A stretch of 63,967 bases of DNA, counting the filler. It is 6 parts of 6 records of this genome, joined end to end, with 100 filler letters (N's around TTAATTAATTAA, not from the genome) between each part and the next. Parts side by side here need not be neighbours in the genome. Positions count along the whole stretch, not along the records: positions 1 to 25,611 come from SRR31156797_12615; 5 more parts are not named here. One strand, written 5' to 3'. The translations under genes and the position numbers were made by a program. This document shows, in pieces, positions 8,244 through 18,702 of this stretch (position 1 is the first letter of the stretch; each line of letters starts with the position of its first letter). The notes beneath the pieces were generated by a model, which searched no databases, was not told the origin of the DNA, and saw nothing but the letters and a program-made list of their open reading frames with translations.

Positions 8244-9128
8244 TTAACGAAGGGTTACGCTAAATTGTCTGGCGATCTTGACCAGATTGTCTGCCCAATC
8301 TTCCGCAAGAGGATCAGCCACGACGACCTGACCGCCAATAGCGTCGGCGATGGTCTGTGCTGACTTGGCAGAAAATTGCGGCTGAACAAAAACGGCCTTG
8401 ATGGATTCCTCTTTGGCCAACTCAATAACTTCGGCCAATTCTCTAGGGCCGGGATGTTTGCCTTCCAGCTCCACAGGCACCTGCACCAAACCATAATCAT
8501 GGGCAAAATATCCCCATGACGGGTGATATGTCAGAAAATGTTTTCCCTTGCTGCCTGCCAGCAACCTCTTGATTTCAGCATCCACATCATTAATTTTCGT
8601 CATCAGCTGATCATAATTTTTCCGATAAACAGAACTCTCTGTAGCATCGGCTTGAACAAGGGCAGAAAGGATGACTGCCGCTAGTTCCCGGGCCATTTTC
8701 GGAGAATTCCAGACATGCGGATCAAGAATGTGCTTGCCCTGTTCTACCTGAAGCACTTCGTTTCCATCTTGATGGTGATGATGCGAAGCCATAGGTAACA
8801 AATGCATCCCGGATGTCGATTTGACCACGGTCATATCCGGGTTTGCACTCTGCATACGAGGCAACCACGCCTTCTCAAAAGGCACACCAATGGCGACATA
8901 CAGTTTCGACCGAGTCAAAGCCACCATCTGACGGGGCTTCGGCTCATAGGTGGCTGGGCTGGCGCCGGGCGAAACCATGACCTCGACTTCAACCAGATCT
9001 CCACCGATTGATTCAACAAAGTACTTTAAAGGTGCAATGGACACCGTGACTGTCATTCTTTCTGCACGCGCAGGGACTACATAAAGCAACAACGCTGCAA
9101 AAAGGACAAAATATTTCAATCTGTTCAT
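8244..9128 (-). CDS. ZnuA/TroA-family metal ABC substrate-binding protein
   Basis: Signal peptide, SPATYEP, His-rich loop, DPHVW and YHPSWGYFA. Confidence 0.9.
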   Translation of the reverse strand: MNRLKYFVLFAALLLYVVPARAERMTVTVSIAPLKYFVESIGGDLVEVEVMVSPGASPATYEPKPRQMVALTRSKLYVAIGVPFEKAWLPRMQSANPDMTVVKSTSGMHLLPMASHHHHQDGNEVLQVEQGKHILDPHVWNSPKMARELAAVILSALVQADATESSVYRKNYDQLMTKINDVDAEIKRLLAGSKGKHFLTYHPSWGYFAHDYGLVQVPVELEGKHPGPRELAEVIELAKEESIKAVFVQPQFSAKSAQTIADAIGGQVVVADPLAEDWADNLVKIARQFSVTLR

Positions 9129-10237
9129 TGGAGAGCCTCCATTTGGTCAAGGACCGCTTCAAGTCCAAAGTCATAATACTCAAGCGTTGGATTGAGAGAT
9201 TTTGAAAATTTGGTGAAATCTATTTTTCGCCAGTCACTGACACCAAAATGCTTTTTATATTCAAATATATTACGCGCAGTCAGGCTGGAAAAATGAGACT
9301 GGCTTGCTCGGGGAACGGCAATGCCGTGCATGGCGTCATACATCATGACCAGCGCCCATGCTCCATCCATAAAATGCCCGCCCACCGAAACAGTAAAATC
9401 ACCTTTTTCAATCAACTCCTGAGCACGCTGTGTCCAGTCCACGCCACCAATCAAAATATCCAATCCGGGGTTCTTTCCCAATTCACGGACACCTTCGGCG
9501 ACACCAGCCCCCATGGCATCGCTGGCAGACCAAACAACTGAAGTATCGGGATATCGCCGCAATAACCTCTGACTCAATTCCCTGGCTCTATCCGGCTTCC
9601 ACCCTGCATGAATTATCTGACGCAACCGAGCATTCGGAAATTCTGCCAATGCTTCCCGTAATCCTTCTTCCCGAAGAAGAGATGCAGGTGAAGTCTCATG
9701 CCCGCTCACGGCAATAATGTTGATCATGCCATCGGCATCAATCATTCCGCGCTTGGAGGCCTTTTCTATGAGTTTTTTTGCCAAAAGATATCCGGCATGA
9801 GTGTCATCTGGCAGGTATTCAAAAAGCCATTGCGTAAATTTTTCGCCCGGTCTACCCGCGCTCTTTCGTTCAGTACCCAAAAAACTCTGGTTGATAAAGA
9901 CTGTCTTGATTCCAGCCGCTTCAGCCTGAACCAAAAGAGGCTCCCCTGCACCACGGGCATTCATGCCGATGATATACTGAGGCAATGTGTCTCGAGAAAA
10001 AAGAGTCTTCACATTCTCATCAATAAGGACATGATTTCGACCACCATAATAAACGTCCAAATCGAACCCGAGATCGTCTGCGGCTGCTTGCATAAAATCG
10101 GTTAAAAGCTGAAAAAAGACATCCCCTTGTGCTGCGGGATTCAAAAAGGCGACTGAAACTTTATCAGACGCCATGGACGACATGCTCATCCCCAGCAAAA
10201 AAACAACTGCCCAAATTGTTCTGATAAAAGTTCTCAC
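9125..10237 (-). CDS. Periplasmic binding protein, type I (sugar-binding-like)
   Basis: Signal peptide, MQAAADDLG, WSASDAMG.G, GGVDW and SVGGHF. Confidence 0.8.
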   Translation of the reverse strand: MRTFIRTIWAVVFLLGMSMSSMASDKVSVAFLNPAAQGDVFFQLLTDFMQAAADDLGFDLDVYYGGRNHVLIDENVKTLFSRDTLPQYIIGMNARGAGEPLLVQAEAAGIKTVFINQSFLGTERKSAGRPGEKFTQWLFEYLPDDTHAGYLLAKKLIEKASKRGMIDADGMINIIAVSGHETSPASLLREEGLREALAEFPNARLRQIIHAGWKPDRARELSQRLLRRYPDTSVVWSASDAMGAGVAEGVRELGKNPGLDILIGGVDWTQRAQELIEKGDFTVSVGGHFMDGAWALVMMYDAMHGIAVPRASQSHFSSLTARNIFEYKKHFGVSDWRKIDFTKFSKSLNPTLEYYDFGLEAVLDQMEALQ

Positions 10238-10352
10238 ATTCAGCCTCCCACTGCCTTTGAACTATCACACTGATCAAGGTCTCCGCTAGCACTAACCGTC
10301 CCCCTCGTACTTCCCTGATGCATTATGCCGTCTTTTTAGGTATACACACCAG

Positions 10353-11183
10353 ATGGATACTCAAACCGTACTCTTTGCCTTCGGCCTGACAGTGTTTGCC
10401 GGACTCTCCACCGGTATCGGCTCCGCCATCGCATTTTTCGCTCGACAGACCAATACAAAATTCCTTTCTCTGGCACTCGGATTTTCAGCAGGGGTCATGA
10501 TCTACGTTTCATTCGTTGAAATTATGGTCAAAGCAAAAGACGCACTCACCACCGAGCTGGGAGAAGTCACGGCATCCTGGGTTACGGTGCTCTCCTTTTT
10601 CGGAGGTATCGCCTTTATTGCCATCATCGACAAACTCGTACCCAGTTATGAAAACCCACACGAAATGCACTCCATCGAAGAGATGGATCAAGGTAAGGAA
10701 AATCTGCCTAAGGATGAAACACACAACTTCGACAAACTCAGAAGAACCGGCATTTTTGCAGCAATAGCCATCGCCATCCACAACTTTCCCGAAGGCCTTG
10801 CAACATTTACCGCAGCATTGACTGATCCAGCTCTGGGCATGGCTATTGCCGTGGCTATCGCCATCCACAACATTCCTGAGGGAATTGCCGTGTCCATTCC
10901 CCTATACTACGCAACCGGTGATCGTAAAAAAGCATTTCTCTACTCTTTCCTGTCCGGCCTGTCCGAACCTGTGGGAGCAATCATTGGGTACCTCGTGCTG
11001 ATGCCGTTCTTTTCTCCCACACTCTTCGGCGTCCTGTTTGCAGGAGTGGCCGGAATCATGGTCTTCATCTCCTTTGATGAACTCCTCCCTGCCGCCGAAG
11101 AATTCGGTGAGCACCATCTATCGGTATACGGACTCATCGCGGGGATGGCCGTCATGGCTCTTTCATTGCTGTTATTTCTCTAA
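10353..11183 (+). CDS. zupT: ZIP-family zinc transporter
   Basis: HNFPEG and HNIPEG motifs with multiple TM helices. Confidence 0.93.
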   Translation: MDTQTVLFAFGLTVFAGLSTGIGSAIAFFARQTNTKFLSLALGFSAGVMIYVSFVEIMVKAKDALTTELGEVTASWVTVLSFFGGIAFIAIIDKLVPSYENPHEMHSIEEMDQGKENLPKDETHNFDKLRRTGIFAAIAIAIHNFPEGLATFTAALTDPALGMAIAVAIAIHNIPEGIAVSIPLYYATGDRKKAFLYSFLSGLSEPVGAIIGYLVLMPFFSPTLFGVLFAGVAGIMVFISFDELLPAAEEFGEHHLSVYGLIAGMAVMALSLLLFL

Positions 11184-11479
11184 GAGCTCCTTGAAAGCAG
11201 CTAAAACTGTTTTCTTCATCACTCCAAGCGTTCAAAAACATCCTTCCTGCAAATTTTCATGCATAATTTTCGATGTGCAAAATTTCACTTACGAGAACCA
11301 GTTATCATTAACCATTCCAAAGCACACCAAGCCAAACAGCGTGGTTGATCCCCCCGCCAGCGGACGTATAGCAGCCGGGAACCCTTGAAATCCGGGGGTT
11401 GCCATCTGCCATCGACATATGTATGGGTAAGCCCCTGCTGCCCGGATCGGGTAGACGACATATATTTAAGGAGTGCATC

Positions 11480-11761
11480 ATGGCATCCAACGTGGACGAA
11501 ATTACTATCAATTATTCCGAAGACAACCAACTCATTGTAAAAGAGTTGGACAAGGTCATTCTGTCTAAGGGCGCATGGACCACCATTGTCTTCCGATATC
11601 AAGAACTCAATCGCGCAAAAGGCGAGTACGGCCCGGAAAAATTCACCATCCGTCGTTATCAGAAAGTCGACGGCACCTACCGCCCCAAATCCAAATTCAA
11701 CATTTCCAGTCAGGCCCAAGCCCAAAAGATCGTTGACGCACTGAGCGGCTGGATTTCCTAA
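11480..11761 (+). CDS. Conserved hypothetical protein, possibly PC4/YdbC-like
   Basis: AAGGAG RBS before ATG 11480. The IRRYQKVDGTYRPKSKFNI segment followed by a C-terminal helix resembles the PC4 fold. Confidence 0.75.
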   Translation: MASNVDEITINYSEDNQLIVKELDKVILSKGAWTTIVFRYQELNRAKGEYGPEKFTIRRYQKVDGTYRPKSKFNISSQAQAQKIVDALSGWIS

Positions 11762-11766
11762 AGATC

Positions 11767-12618
11767 ATGTATCTCGGAGCCCATATGTCCATCGCCGGAG
11801 GCCTGCACATGGCCTTCGAACGCATTGGTATGGTCAGTGGCACCGCTTTACAGATATTTACCCGGAACCAGCGGCAATGGAAGTTTCCGCCGCTGACCGG
11901 GTATGACATTGAGCTTTTTACCGTGGCATGGGAGCAATGGGGGAATTACCCTATTGCGGCGCATGACTCATACCTTATCAACCTCGCATCCGATAAGCCG
12001 GAACAGGTCAACCGCTCCATTTTGGGGTTTGCCGAAGAACTGCGACGCGTTGAGGCACTGTCCATCCCTTGGCTGGTGACACATCCCGGATCACATCTGG
12101 GCGACGGCGTTGAAATGGGGATTGCACGATATGTAGCCAATCTGGATATTGCTATCGAACAATCCGGCACAGAAACAGCCATGGTCCTGCTTGAAACTAC
12201 GGCAGGCCAAGGAACCAATCTCGGCTCGACGTTCGAAGAACTGGCCTCCATCATCCAGTTATCCAAATACCCTGACCGCCTCGGCGTCTGTTATGACACA
12301 TGTCACACTTTCGCCGCCGGATACGACATCCGCACACCTGAAGCCTACACGGCCACCTTCAACGCTTTCGACGACATCATCGGGCTGGATCGACTCAAGT
12401 TCTTCCACATGAACGATACCAAAAACGAATTCAATTCGCACAAGGATCGACACGAGCATATAGGCAAAGGGACCATTGGATTGGACGGCTTCCGCAACCT
12501 GATGCAGGATTCCCGTTTTGCTGATGTACCCAAAACTCTTGAGACTCCCAAAGACAAAGACTTGCAGGATGATGTCCTCAATCTGAACACCTTGCGGAAA
12601 CTCGCGCAAAAGACATAG
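11767..12618 (+). CDS. nfo: Endonuclease IV
   Basis: GAHMSIAGG, H.SYLINL, HPGS, LLETTAGQG, DTCH.FAAGY, HMND and DRHEHIG. Confidence 0.95.
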   Translation: MYLGAHMSIAGGLHMAFERIGMVSGTALQIFTRNQRQWKFPPLTGYDIELFTVAWEQWGNYPIAAHDSYLINLASDKPEQVNRSILGFAEELRRVEALSIPWLVTHPGSHLGDGVEMGIARYVANLDIAIEQSGTETAMVLLETTAGQGTNLGSTFEELASIIQLSKYPDRLGVCYDTCHTFAAGYDIRTPEAYTATFNAFDDIIGLDRLKFFHMNDTKNEFNSHKDRHEHIGKGTIGLDGFRNLMQDSRFADVPKTLETPKDKDLQDDVLNLNTLRKLAQKT

Positions 12619-12627
12619 GTCTCACGC

Positions 12628-13296
12628 ATGGGCAAACTTGACGCCATAATTTTCGATTTTGACGGCACTTTGGCTGATGTTCCTCTGGACTTCGACTGGA
12701 TGAAAACCAAAATCGCCGCGCTTGGCGAAGTCTTCATGGACGAACGGCCTGTACCAAACTCCAGACCCGCACTCGAGTGGTTGGAAGACCTCTCCAGTCA
12801 GGTCATGAAGCGTGACCGGGCTGAAGGCATGGAATTTTTGTCACGCGGACGATTGGTCATCACGGCCATGGAACTGGATGCAGCCAGAGATGGTACATTA
12901 TTCGAATTTACCAGACCCGTTCTTGCCGATCTTGCAAAACGAGGCGTTGCCGCGGGGGTGATCACTCGTAATATTTCTCCGGCAGTCAAAACGGTATTCC
13001 CGGACATCGAACAATACACACGTGTCTTCATTCCCCGTGAGGTTGCATCCAAACTCAAACCTGACCCCGCCCACCTGTATCAGGCGCTCACAGTCATCGG
13101 CGCCGACCCGACCAAATCTCTCATGGTCGGGGATCATCCCATGGATGTTGAAACAGGTCATCGAGCCGGCGCCCTTTCTGCAGCTGTGACCAGTGGAAAC
13201 GCCAACGCCGACGCCTTCACCGACTACACACCGAACTTCATGTGTTCCAATGTCGCACAGCTCATGGACGAACTGGCATCTGCCGACCTGATTTAA
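12628..13296 (+). CDS. HAD-family hydrolase (phosphoglycolate phosphatase-like)
   Basis: FDFDGTL, KPDP and MVGDH..D motifs. Confidence 0.88.
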   Translation: MGKLDAIIFDFDGTLADVPLDFDWMKTKIAALGEVFMDERPVPNSRPALEWLEDLSSQVMKRDRAEGMEFLSRGRLVITAMELDAARDGTLFEFTRPVLADLAKRGVAAGVITRNISPAVKTVFPDIEQYTRVFIPREVASKLKPDPAHLYQALTVIGADPTKSLMVGDHPMDVETGHRAGALSAAVTSGNANADAFTDYTPNFMCSNVAQLMDELASADLI

Positions 13297-13463
13297 TCCC
13301 TCTTTCCATTCTCCCCCAAGCTAAGACTTACCCCTGCCTTTATTTCCCCCTTCCAGCGGACAAAATATAATGTTGTCACAGTATCTTTTCACATAAAGTA
13401 GCGATCTATAGCTGCCGATATATTACGAAAGACCAAACACCTCACGTAATCCAAGGAGAAAAG

Positions 13464-15482
13464 ATGCGTTTCAAGGATTGGAGCCTCAAGCTCAAAATTT
13501 TGCTGCCCACATTCATCGTCGTTCTCATTGTGATGACTGCCAGCACCGTCATCCTGACCTTCAAGGCGCAAGATATGGCCGTTGAGCAAGCCACTGAAAA
13601 TGCGCATAGGTTGGCATATGGCCACAGCCTTGAAGTGGGTGAAACCATGGATTTGGCAATGACTGCCACTCGAACCATGGCTGCAGCGTATGAGCAGGGA
13701 GCCAATTACACTCCCATTCCTGATCGCGAATACCTTGACGCTTTTGTCATTGACGTACTTGACCGACACGACGAACTGGCTGGCGCATGGTGTACCTTTC
13801 CCCCCGGTAATTTTGACGACCGAGAAGAAGAATACAGAGACACTTACAACGGCGCATATCGCACATGGTTCCATCGCGATGGTGGTGCCATTGTTCCGAG
13901 CTTTGCCGGTGCCGGTAACTTCGAAAATGAAGAATGGTTTTCCAAACCCATGTCCGGCTCCATTGAAACCATCACAGAGCCATACCCTTGGGAAGTTGAC
14001 GGGAAAAAATTCTGGCTTGCTTCCACAGGGCATCCAGTCAAAAAGAACGGTAAGAATATCGGTATTGTCGGTGTTGACTTCTACCTCAATGACTTACAAG
14101 AAGTCGTTAAAGAAATTAAACCTTTCGATACTGGCTACGCATTCCTCATGACAAATAAAGGTACCATCGTAGGTCACCCGGATACCGACAAGATGGGCAA
14201 GAATGTCAGTGACTTTATGGATGCAAAACACGCAAACAGCGTGGCCAATGCTGCTAAAATGGGCAAAGACTTTTCGTATGAAACCGTGAACGCCGAAGGT
14301 GATTGGTACGTTACTCTCGCCCCCATCTCCATAGGACGCACCGGTGAACCTTGGAGTTTGGCAGTTGTCATTCCCATGGACAAAGTCCGTGAACAGGCAG
14401 ACTCCTTTGCCTACACATCCATCATCATGGCCGTCATTGCCGTGGTTATCCTCTTCGTGGTGCTTCTGGTTATCGCCAACGTCATCACCAAGCCGGTTCT
14501 CAAAGGAATCTCACTGGCCAAGAGCCTGTCTGAAGGCGACCTGACCAAAGATATCGATGTTGATCAAAAAGATGAAATCGGTACACTGGCAAACGCCCTG
14601 CGGACCATGACAAACCAACTCAGAAACGTCATCGGCAACGTCAGTTCCGCCACGGAAAACGTAGCGTCTGGCAGTGAGGAATTAGCAGCTTCCTCCCAAA
14701 GCATGGCAGAAGGTGCATCCGAGCAGGCGGCCAGCGTGGAAGAAGTTTCCTCATCCATGGAAGAAATGGCTTCCAACATTCAGGGAAACGCAGAGAACGC
14801 CAGCAAAACCGAAAAAATAGCTTCAAAGGCTGCTCTGAATGCCGAAGAAAGCGGCAAAGCCGTATCTCAGGCCATGCATGCCATGACCGATATCGCCGAA
14901 AAAATTTCGGTCATCGAAGATATTGCCCGTCAAACCAACCTGCTGGCACTGAACGCTGCCATTGAAGCTGCACGGGCAGGAGAACACGGCAAAGGATTTG
15001 CCGTTGTCGCCGCAGAAGTACGCAAGCTTGCGGAACGCAGCGGTCTGGCCGCCTCCGAAATCAGCGAACTCTCCTCCTCCACGGTTCAAGTGGCCGAAGA
15101 AGCGGGTGGAAAACTCGACCAGTTAGTGCCGGACATTCAGGAAACGGCTCAGCTCATTCAGGAAATCACCGCTGCTTCCAACGAACAAAGTGCTGGCGTC
15201 GAACAAATCAACGCCGCTATCCAGCAGCTCGACCATATCATTCAGCAAAACGCCTCTTCTTCCGAGGAAGTGGCCTCCACATCTGAAAGTCTGGCCAGCG
15301 AAAGTGCGCACCTGCAACAAGCCATCAATTTCTTCAGGTTGGGGACATCGTCGCATCAAGCCCCCCAACGCCCTGTTGTAAAACGACAGCCACAACAACA
15401 AATCGCTGCCGCACCGACCAAACCAGCGTCCAGTGGCATGGACCTCAATATGGATGACAGTGACGAGTTCGAACGCTTCTAA
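13464..15482 (+). CDS. Methyl-accepting chemotaxis protein with dCache sensor
   Basis: Two TM helices, ITEPY Cache motif, [22 protein letters not shown] and a C-terminal EFERF pentapeptide. Confidence 0.95.
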   Translation: MRFKDWSLKLKILLPTFIVVLIVMTASTVILTFKAQDMAVEQATENAHRLAYGHSLEVGETMDLAMTATRTMAAAYEQGANYTPIPDREYLDAFVIDVLDRHDELAGAWCTFPPGNFDDREEEYRDTYNGAYRTWFHRDGGAIVPSFAGAGNFENEEWFSKPMSGSIETITEPYPWEVDGKKFWLASTGHPVKKNGKNIGIVGVDFYLNDLQEVVKEIKPFDTGYAFLMTNKGTIVGHPDTDKMGKNVSDFMDAKHANSVANAAKMGKDFSYETVNAEGDWYVTLAPISIGRTGEPWSLAVVIPMDKVREQADSFAYTSIIMAVIAVVILFVVLLVIANVITKPVLKGISLAKSLSEGDLTKDIDVDQKDEIGTLANALRTMTNQLRNVIGNVSSATENVASGSEELAASSQSMAEGASEQAASVEEVSSSMEEMASNIQGNAENASKTEKIASKAALNAEESGKAVSQAMHAMTDIAEKISVIEDIARQTNLLALNAAIEAARAGEHGKGFAVVAAEVRKLAERSGLAASEISELSSSTVQVAEEAGGKLDQLVPDIQETAQLIQEITAASNEQSAGVEQINAAIQQLDHIIQQNASSSEEVASTSESLASESAHLQQAINFFRLGTSSHQAPQRPVVKRQPQQQIAAAPTKPASSGMDLNMDDSDEFERF

Positions 15483-15495
15483 CTCCAAAACAACA

Positions 15496-15530
15496 AAGGG
15501 CGGGAGCTTGATATAAGCTCCCGCCCTTTT
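15496..15530. terminator. Bidirectional terminator
   Basis: AAAGGGCGGGAGCTT...AAGCTCCCGCCCTTT between convergent genes. Confidence 0.8.
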
Positions 15531-15545
15531 CTTACGCTGTATTCT

Positions 15546-16658
15546 TTAAAGATTAATCAGCTCATACTCACGTGAGCCAAGGCCAATCTCTTCCGCATAG
15601 TCGAGGCCGAACGCCTCCGGGACATGTTGATGGATCGACAAAAACTTATTCTGGCCCGGCGTGACTCCAAAAGGCAGCTGACTGGGATAAAGTGGTTGGG
15701 CCTCATTCACTAAATCCATAGAGGCCTGATCAACAGCCACAGGATCAAAACTCACCAAAACACCAATATCCGGACAAATGGGAGCATCAGTAAAGCCCAC
15801 ACAGTCACAGTCAGGCACCACGTCCATAACGAAATTCACATGAAGGCACGGACTTTCCTTGGTCGCCAGTACGCCCTTGGAGTATTCCATCATCCGTTCC
15901 AAAAACTCCTGCACTCCTGTCTTCCAGTTCACCTTGAGGCCATCATGACGACAGGCGACAAAGCACCCACCACACCCCACACACTTTTCCGCCTCAAGTG
16001 CAATCTTGCCCGTTCCCTCGTCAATATACAAAGCTCCCGACTTACAGACCTTGATGCAGGCTTCACACGCAGTACATGCTTCCTGATCAGTAATCGGCCC
16101 AGTAGAAAAATGTTGTTGCATCTTGCCCATCTTACTGGCCGACCCCATGCCTATATTCTTGAGTGCACCGCCGTATCCAGCCAGTTCATGCCCCTTGAAA
16201 TGGTTAAGTGAAATGAAGAAATCCGCTTCGGCGATGCCACCCGCGATATACGCGTCTTCAATATGTTTGCCCCCTACCGGAACAGGCACCTCGTATTCCC
16301 CCCTAAGGCCATCTGCAATGATCACCGGAGCTTCAAGCATAAGCGGGTCCCACCCGTGATGGGCTGCACACATGGTATGAGAAACGGCCTCGCCGCGCTG
16401 TCCTACATACAAAGTGGAGGCATCGGTCAGGAATGGTTTGCCGCCAGCTTCACGAACAAAATCCAGAATAGGCTTGATCCACAACGGACGCAGAAACCCC
16501 GTCGTACCCTGTTCGCCAAAATGCAATTTGATCGCAGTCAGATCGCCTTCCTTAATGTACTGACTACCCTTGGCCGCCTTGAGCAGGCTGCGCATACGTT
16601 TGCCAAAAGGCGCTTTGACTGTTGCCCGTAAATTCCAGAAAAAAACTTTCGATGCCAT
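15546..16658 (-). CDS. DUF362 / 2x[4Fe-4S] ferredoxin-domain protein
   Basis: IKLHFGE, HFKGH, GGALKNIGMG, CTACEACIKVC and CVGCGGCFVAC. Confidence 0.88.
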   Translation of the reverse strand: MASKVFFWNLRATVKAPFGKRMRSLLKAAKGSQYIKEGDLTAIKLHFGEQGTTGFLRPLWIKPILDFVREAGGKPFLTDASTLYVGQRGEAVSHTMCAAHHGWDPLMLEAPVIIADGLRGEYEVPVPVGGKHIEDAYIAGGIAEADFFISLNHFKGHELAGYGGALKNIGMGSASKMGKMQQHFSTGPITDQEACTACEACIKVCKSGALYIDEGTGKIALEAEKCVGCGGCFVACRHDGLKVNWKTGVQEFLERMMEYSKGVLATKESPCLHVNFVMDVVPDCDCVGFTDAPICPDIGVLVSFDPVAVDQASMDLVNEAQPLYPSQLPFGVTPGQNKFLSIHQHVPEAFGLDYAEEIGLGSREYELINL

Positions 16659-16866
16659 ACGTCTATCCCTCTGTTCAGGTTCAATCTCATTATGTAGCAC
16701 CAAGACACACGAGATGAAAGCCTACCGGCGGTCGCCTTCAGCGTGACGCCATTAATCATGCACAACAAAAAACAGGCGCACCATGTTCAAACATGATGCG
16801 CCCGTTCAATAAACCTTTCAAAATACAACCTTCTCTCAAAAATCAGCTTCCCGACCAGGAAGAAGG

Positions 16867-16977
16867 AGTGGTGTAGCTGCTAGGCGAAAGGCTTTGAGTT
16901 TCCCACAGCCGTACCTCCGTACGGCGAGGACAGACTCAAGCCTTTCAACGACGCAGATACGCCGCTATCGCAAGCCG
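16867..16977. repeat. About 110-nt REP-like nested palindrome
   Basis: Nested stems AGTGGTGTAGCTGC/GCAGATACGCCGCT, GAAAGGCTTTGAGT/ACTCAAGCCTTTC and GCCGTAC/GTACGGC. A second copy begins at 25584-25611. Confidence 0.75.
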
Positions 16978-16978
16978 C

Positions 16979-18322
16979 CTACAATACAGGCAAATACTTA
17001 TCAAGCTCGTATTCGGTGACTTGTGTGCTGTACTCATCCCATTCTGCGAATTTGTTTTCCACCAAGGCGGTATGCAGATGTTCGCCGAGCACTTCTTTCA
17101 TGAGACTGGACTTCTGCAAGTTAAGCGTGGCTTCATAAAGAGAACCGGGGAGTGACTTGATCTTATTCTTTTTGAGCTGGCGAGCATCCATGGAAAAGAT
17201 ATCCTCTTCCACCGGCGCGGCCAGTTCATATCCTTCTTCCATACCCTTGAGTCCGGCGGCAAGCTGAACGGCAAAGCAGAGATACGGATTGGCAGCCGGG
17301 TCCGGGCAACGCAATTCCATGCGGGTGGCATTTTCTTTACCGGGTTTGTACATGGGCACACGAACGAGCGCCGAACGATTGCGACGCGCCCAAGCAATGT
17401 AGACCGGTGCTTCGTAACCGGGAACCAAACGCTTGTAAGAATTGACCCACTGGTTGGTGACAGCCACAAATTCCGGGGAATGCTTAAGAATACCAGCAAT
17501 ATAAGACTTGCCTTCAGGCGACAGATGATACTCATCATTGGCATCATAAAATACATTACGGCCATTCTTGAACAACGACTGATGGACATGCATACCGGAG
17601 CCGTTTTCACCAAAAATTGGCTTGGGCATAAAGGTCGCATAGCACCCGTGCTTACGCGCAGTTTCCTTGACCACGACACGATATGTCATGGCGGTATCAG
17701 CCATTCTCATGCCTTCTGCATAGCGTAGATCAATTTCATGCTGAGATGGCGCTACCTCGTGGTGAGAGTATTCGACCTGGATACCCATAGCGTCGAGCGC
17801 AAAAATAATATCGCGACGGATATTGTTGCCAAGATCAAGCGGCGGAGCATCAAAATATCCGCCAGCATCCAGAACTTCGGTGTCCTGATCATCTGCAAAA
17901 AGAAAGAACTCAAGCTCTGGACCGACATAAAAGGTGTACCCTTTTTCGGCAGCTTGTCCCATGACCTTCTTGAGGACATACCGAGAATCAGCCTCAAACG
18001 GAGCACCATCAGGGCTAACGACATCGCAGAACATACGGGCGACCGGCCTGTCAGAAGGACGCCAGGAGCAAATCTGAAAAGTGGTCGGGTCCGGCATGGC
18101 CACCATGTCCGACTCGTCGATGCGGCAGAAACCGAGAATGGAAGACCCGTCAAAGCCCATGCCTTCCTCAAAGGAAGCCTCAAGCTCATTGGGTGTTACC
18201 TGAAAACTCTTCAACGTACCGAGGATGTCCAAGAACCAGTACTGAATGAAGCTGACGTCATAATCCTTGACCGCCTTCATCACGTCGTCTGCATTTTTAC
18301 AATTGAAAACCGGGATATTCAT
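16979..18322 (-). CDS. glnA: Glutamine synthetase type I
   Basis: FDGSS, HHEVAPSQHE, FMPKP..GENGSGMH, NRSALVRVP and ELRCPDP. Confidence 0.96.
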   Translation of the reverse strand: MNIPVFNCKNADDVMKAVKDYDVSFIQYWFLDILGTLKSFQVTPNELEASFEEGMGFDGSSILGFCRIDESDMVAMPDPTTFQICSWRPSDRPVARMFCDVVSPDGAPFEADSRYVLKKVMGQAAEKGYTFYVGPELEFFLFADDQDTEVLDAGGYFDAPPLDLGNNIRRDIIFALDAMGIQVEYSHHEVAPSQHEIDLRYAEGMRMADTAMTYRVVVKETARKHGCYATFMPKPIFGENGSGMHVHQSLFKNGRNVFYDANDEYHLSPEGKSYIAGILKHSPEFVAVTNQWVNSYKRLVPGYEAPVYIAWARRNRSALVRVPMYKPGKENATRMELRCPDPAANPYLCFAVQLAAGLKGMEEGYELAAPVEEDIFSMDARQLKKNKIKSLPGSLYEATLNLQKSSLMKEVLGEHLHTALVENKFAEWDEYSTQVTEYELDKYLPVL

Positions 18323-18702
18323 ATTTCCCTCCAGTCTTTGGGTTGAACGCCTTTATAAAAACATACGTCATCTTCTTATGGATATGGATAATGTCACCTT
18401 CAGGCACACGATCCGACTCTTCAAGGATCGCACCTTATCAGTTGCCCGCTATCAGAGACAATAGAAATATGCCCACCCGGTGGCAGCGGGCGTGCACTCA
18501 ATCGGGTCATTGCTCAAAATCTCACACCCTCCCTCCATAAACGAATTTCCACCCACTCCGACTTCTAATTATCAATACTTATTTTCCAAACATTATAATT
18601 GAAAAATCGACTATTATGCTCGTAATGACCATATTGTACACAAATCTCTCCGAAAAACTATACTATCTTAGTCTGATATCTAACGAAATATAGGAGGATA
18701 TT

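Noticed and set aside
18323-18540. Glutamine riboswitch, ANTAR hairpins or leader peptide upstream of glnA
   Set aside because: Some hairpins and a short ORF exist, but no convincing consensus match.
18560-18575. TTCTAATTATCAA identical to part of the Fur-like box at 25438
   Set aside because: Only the right half-site matches, which is too weak to call an operator.
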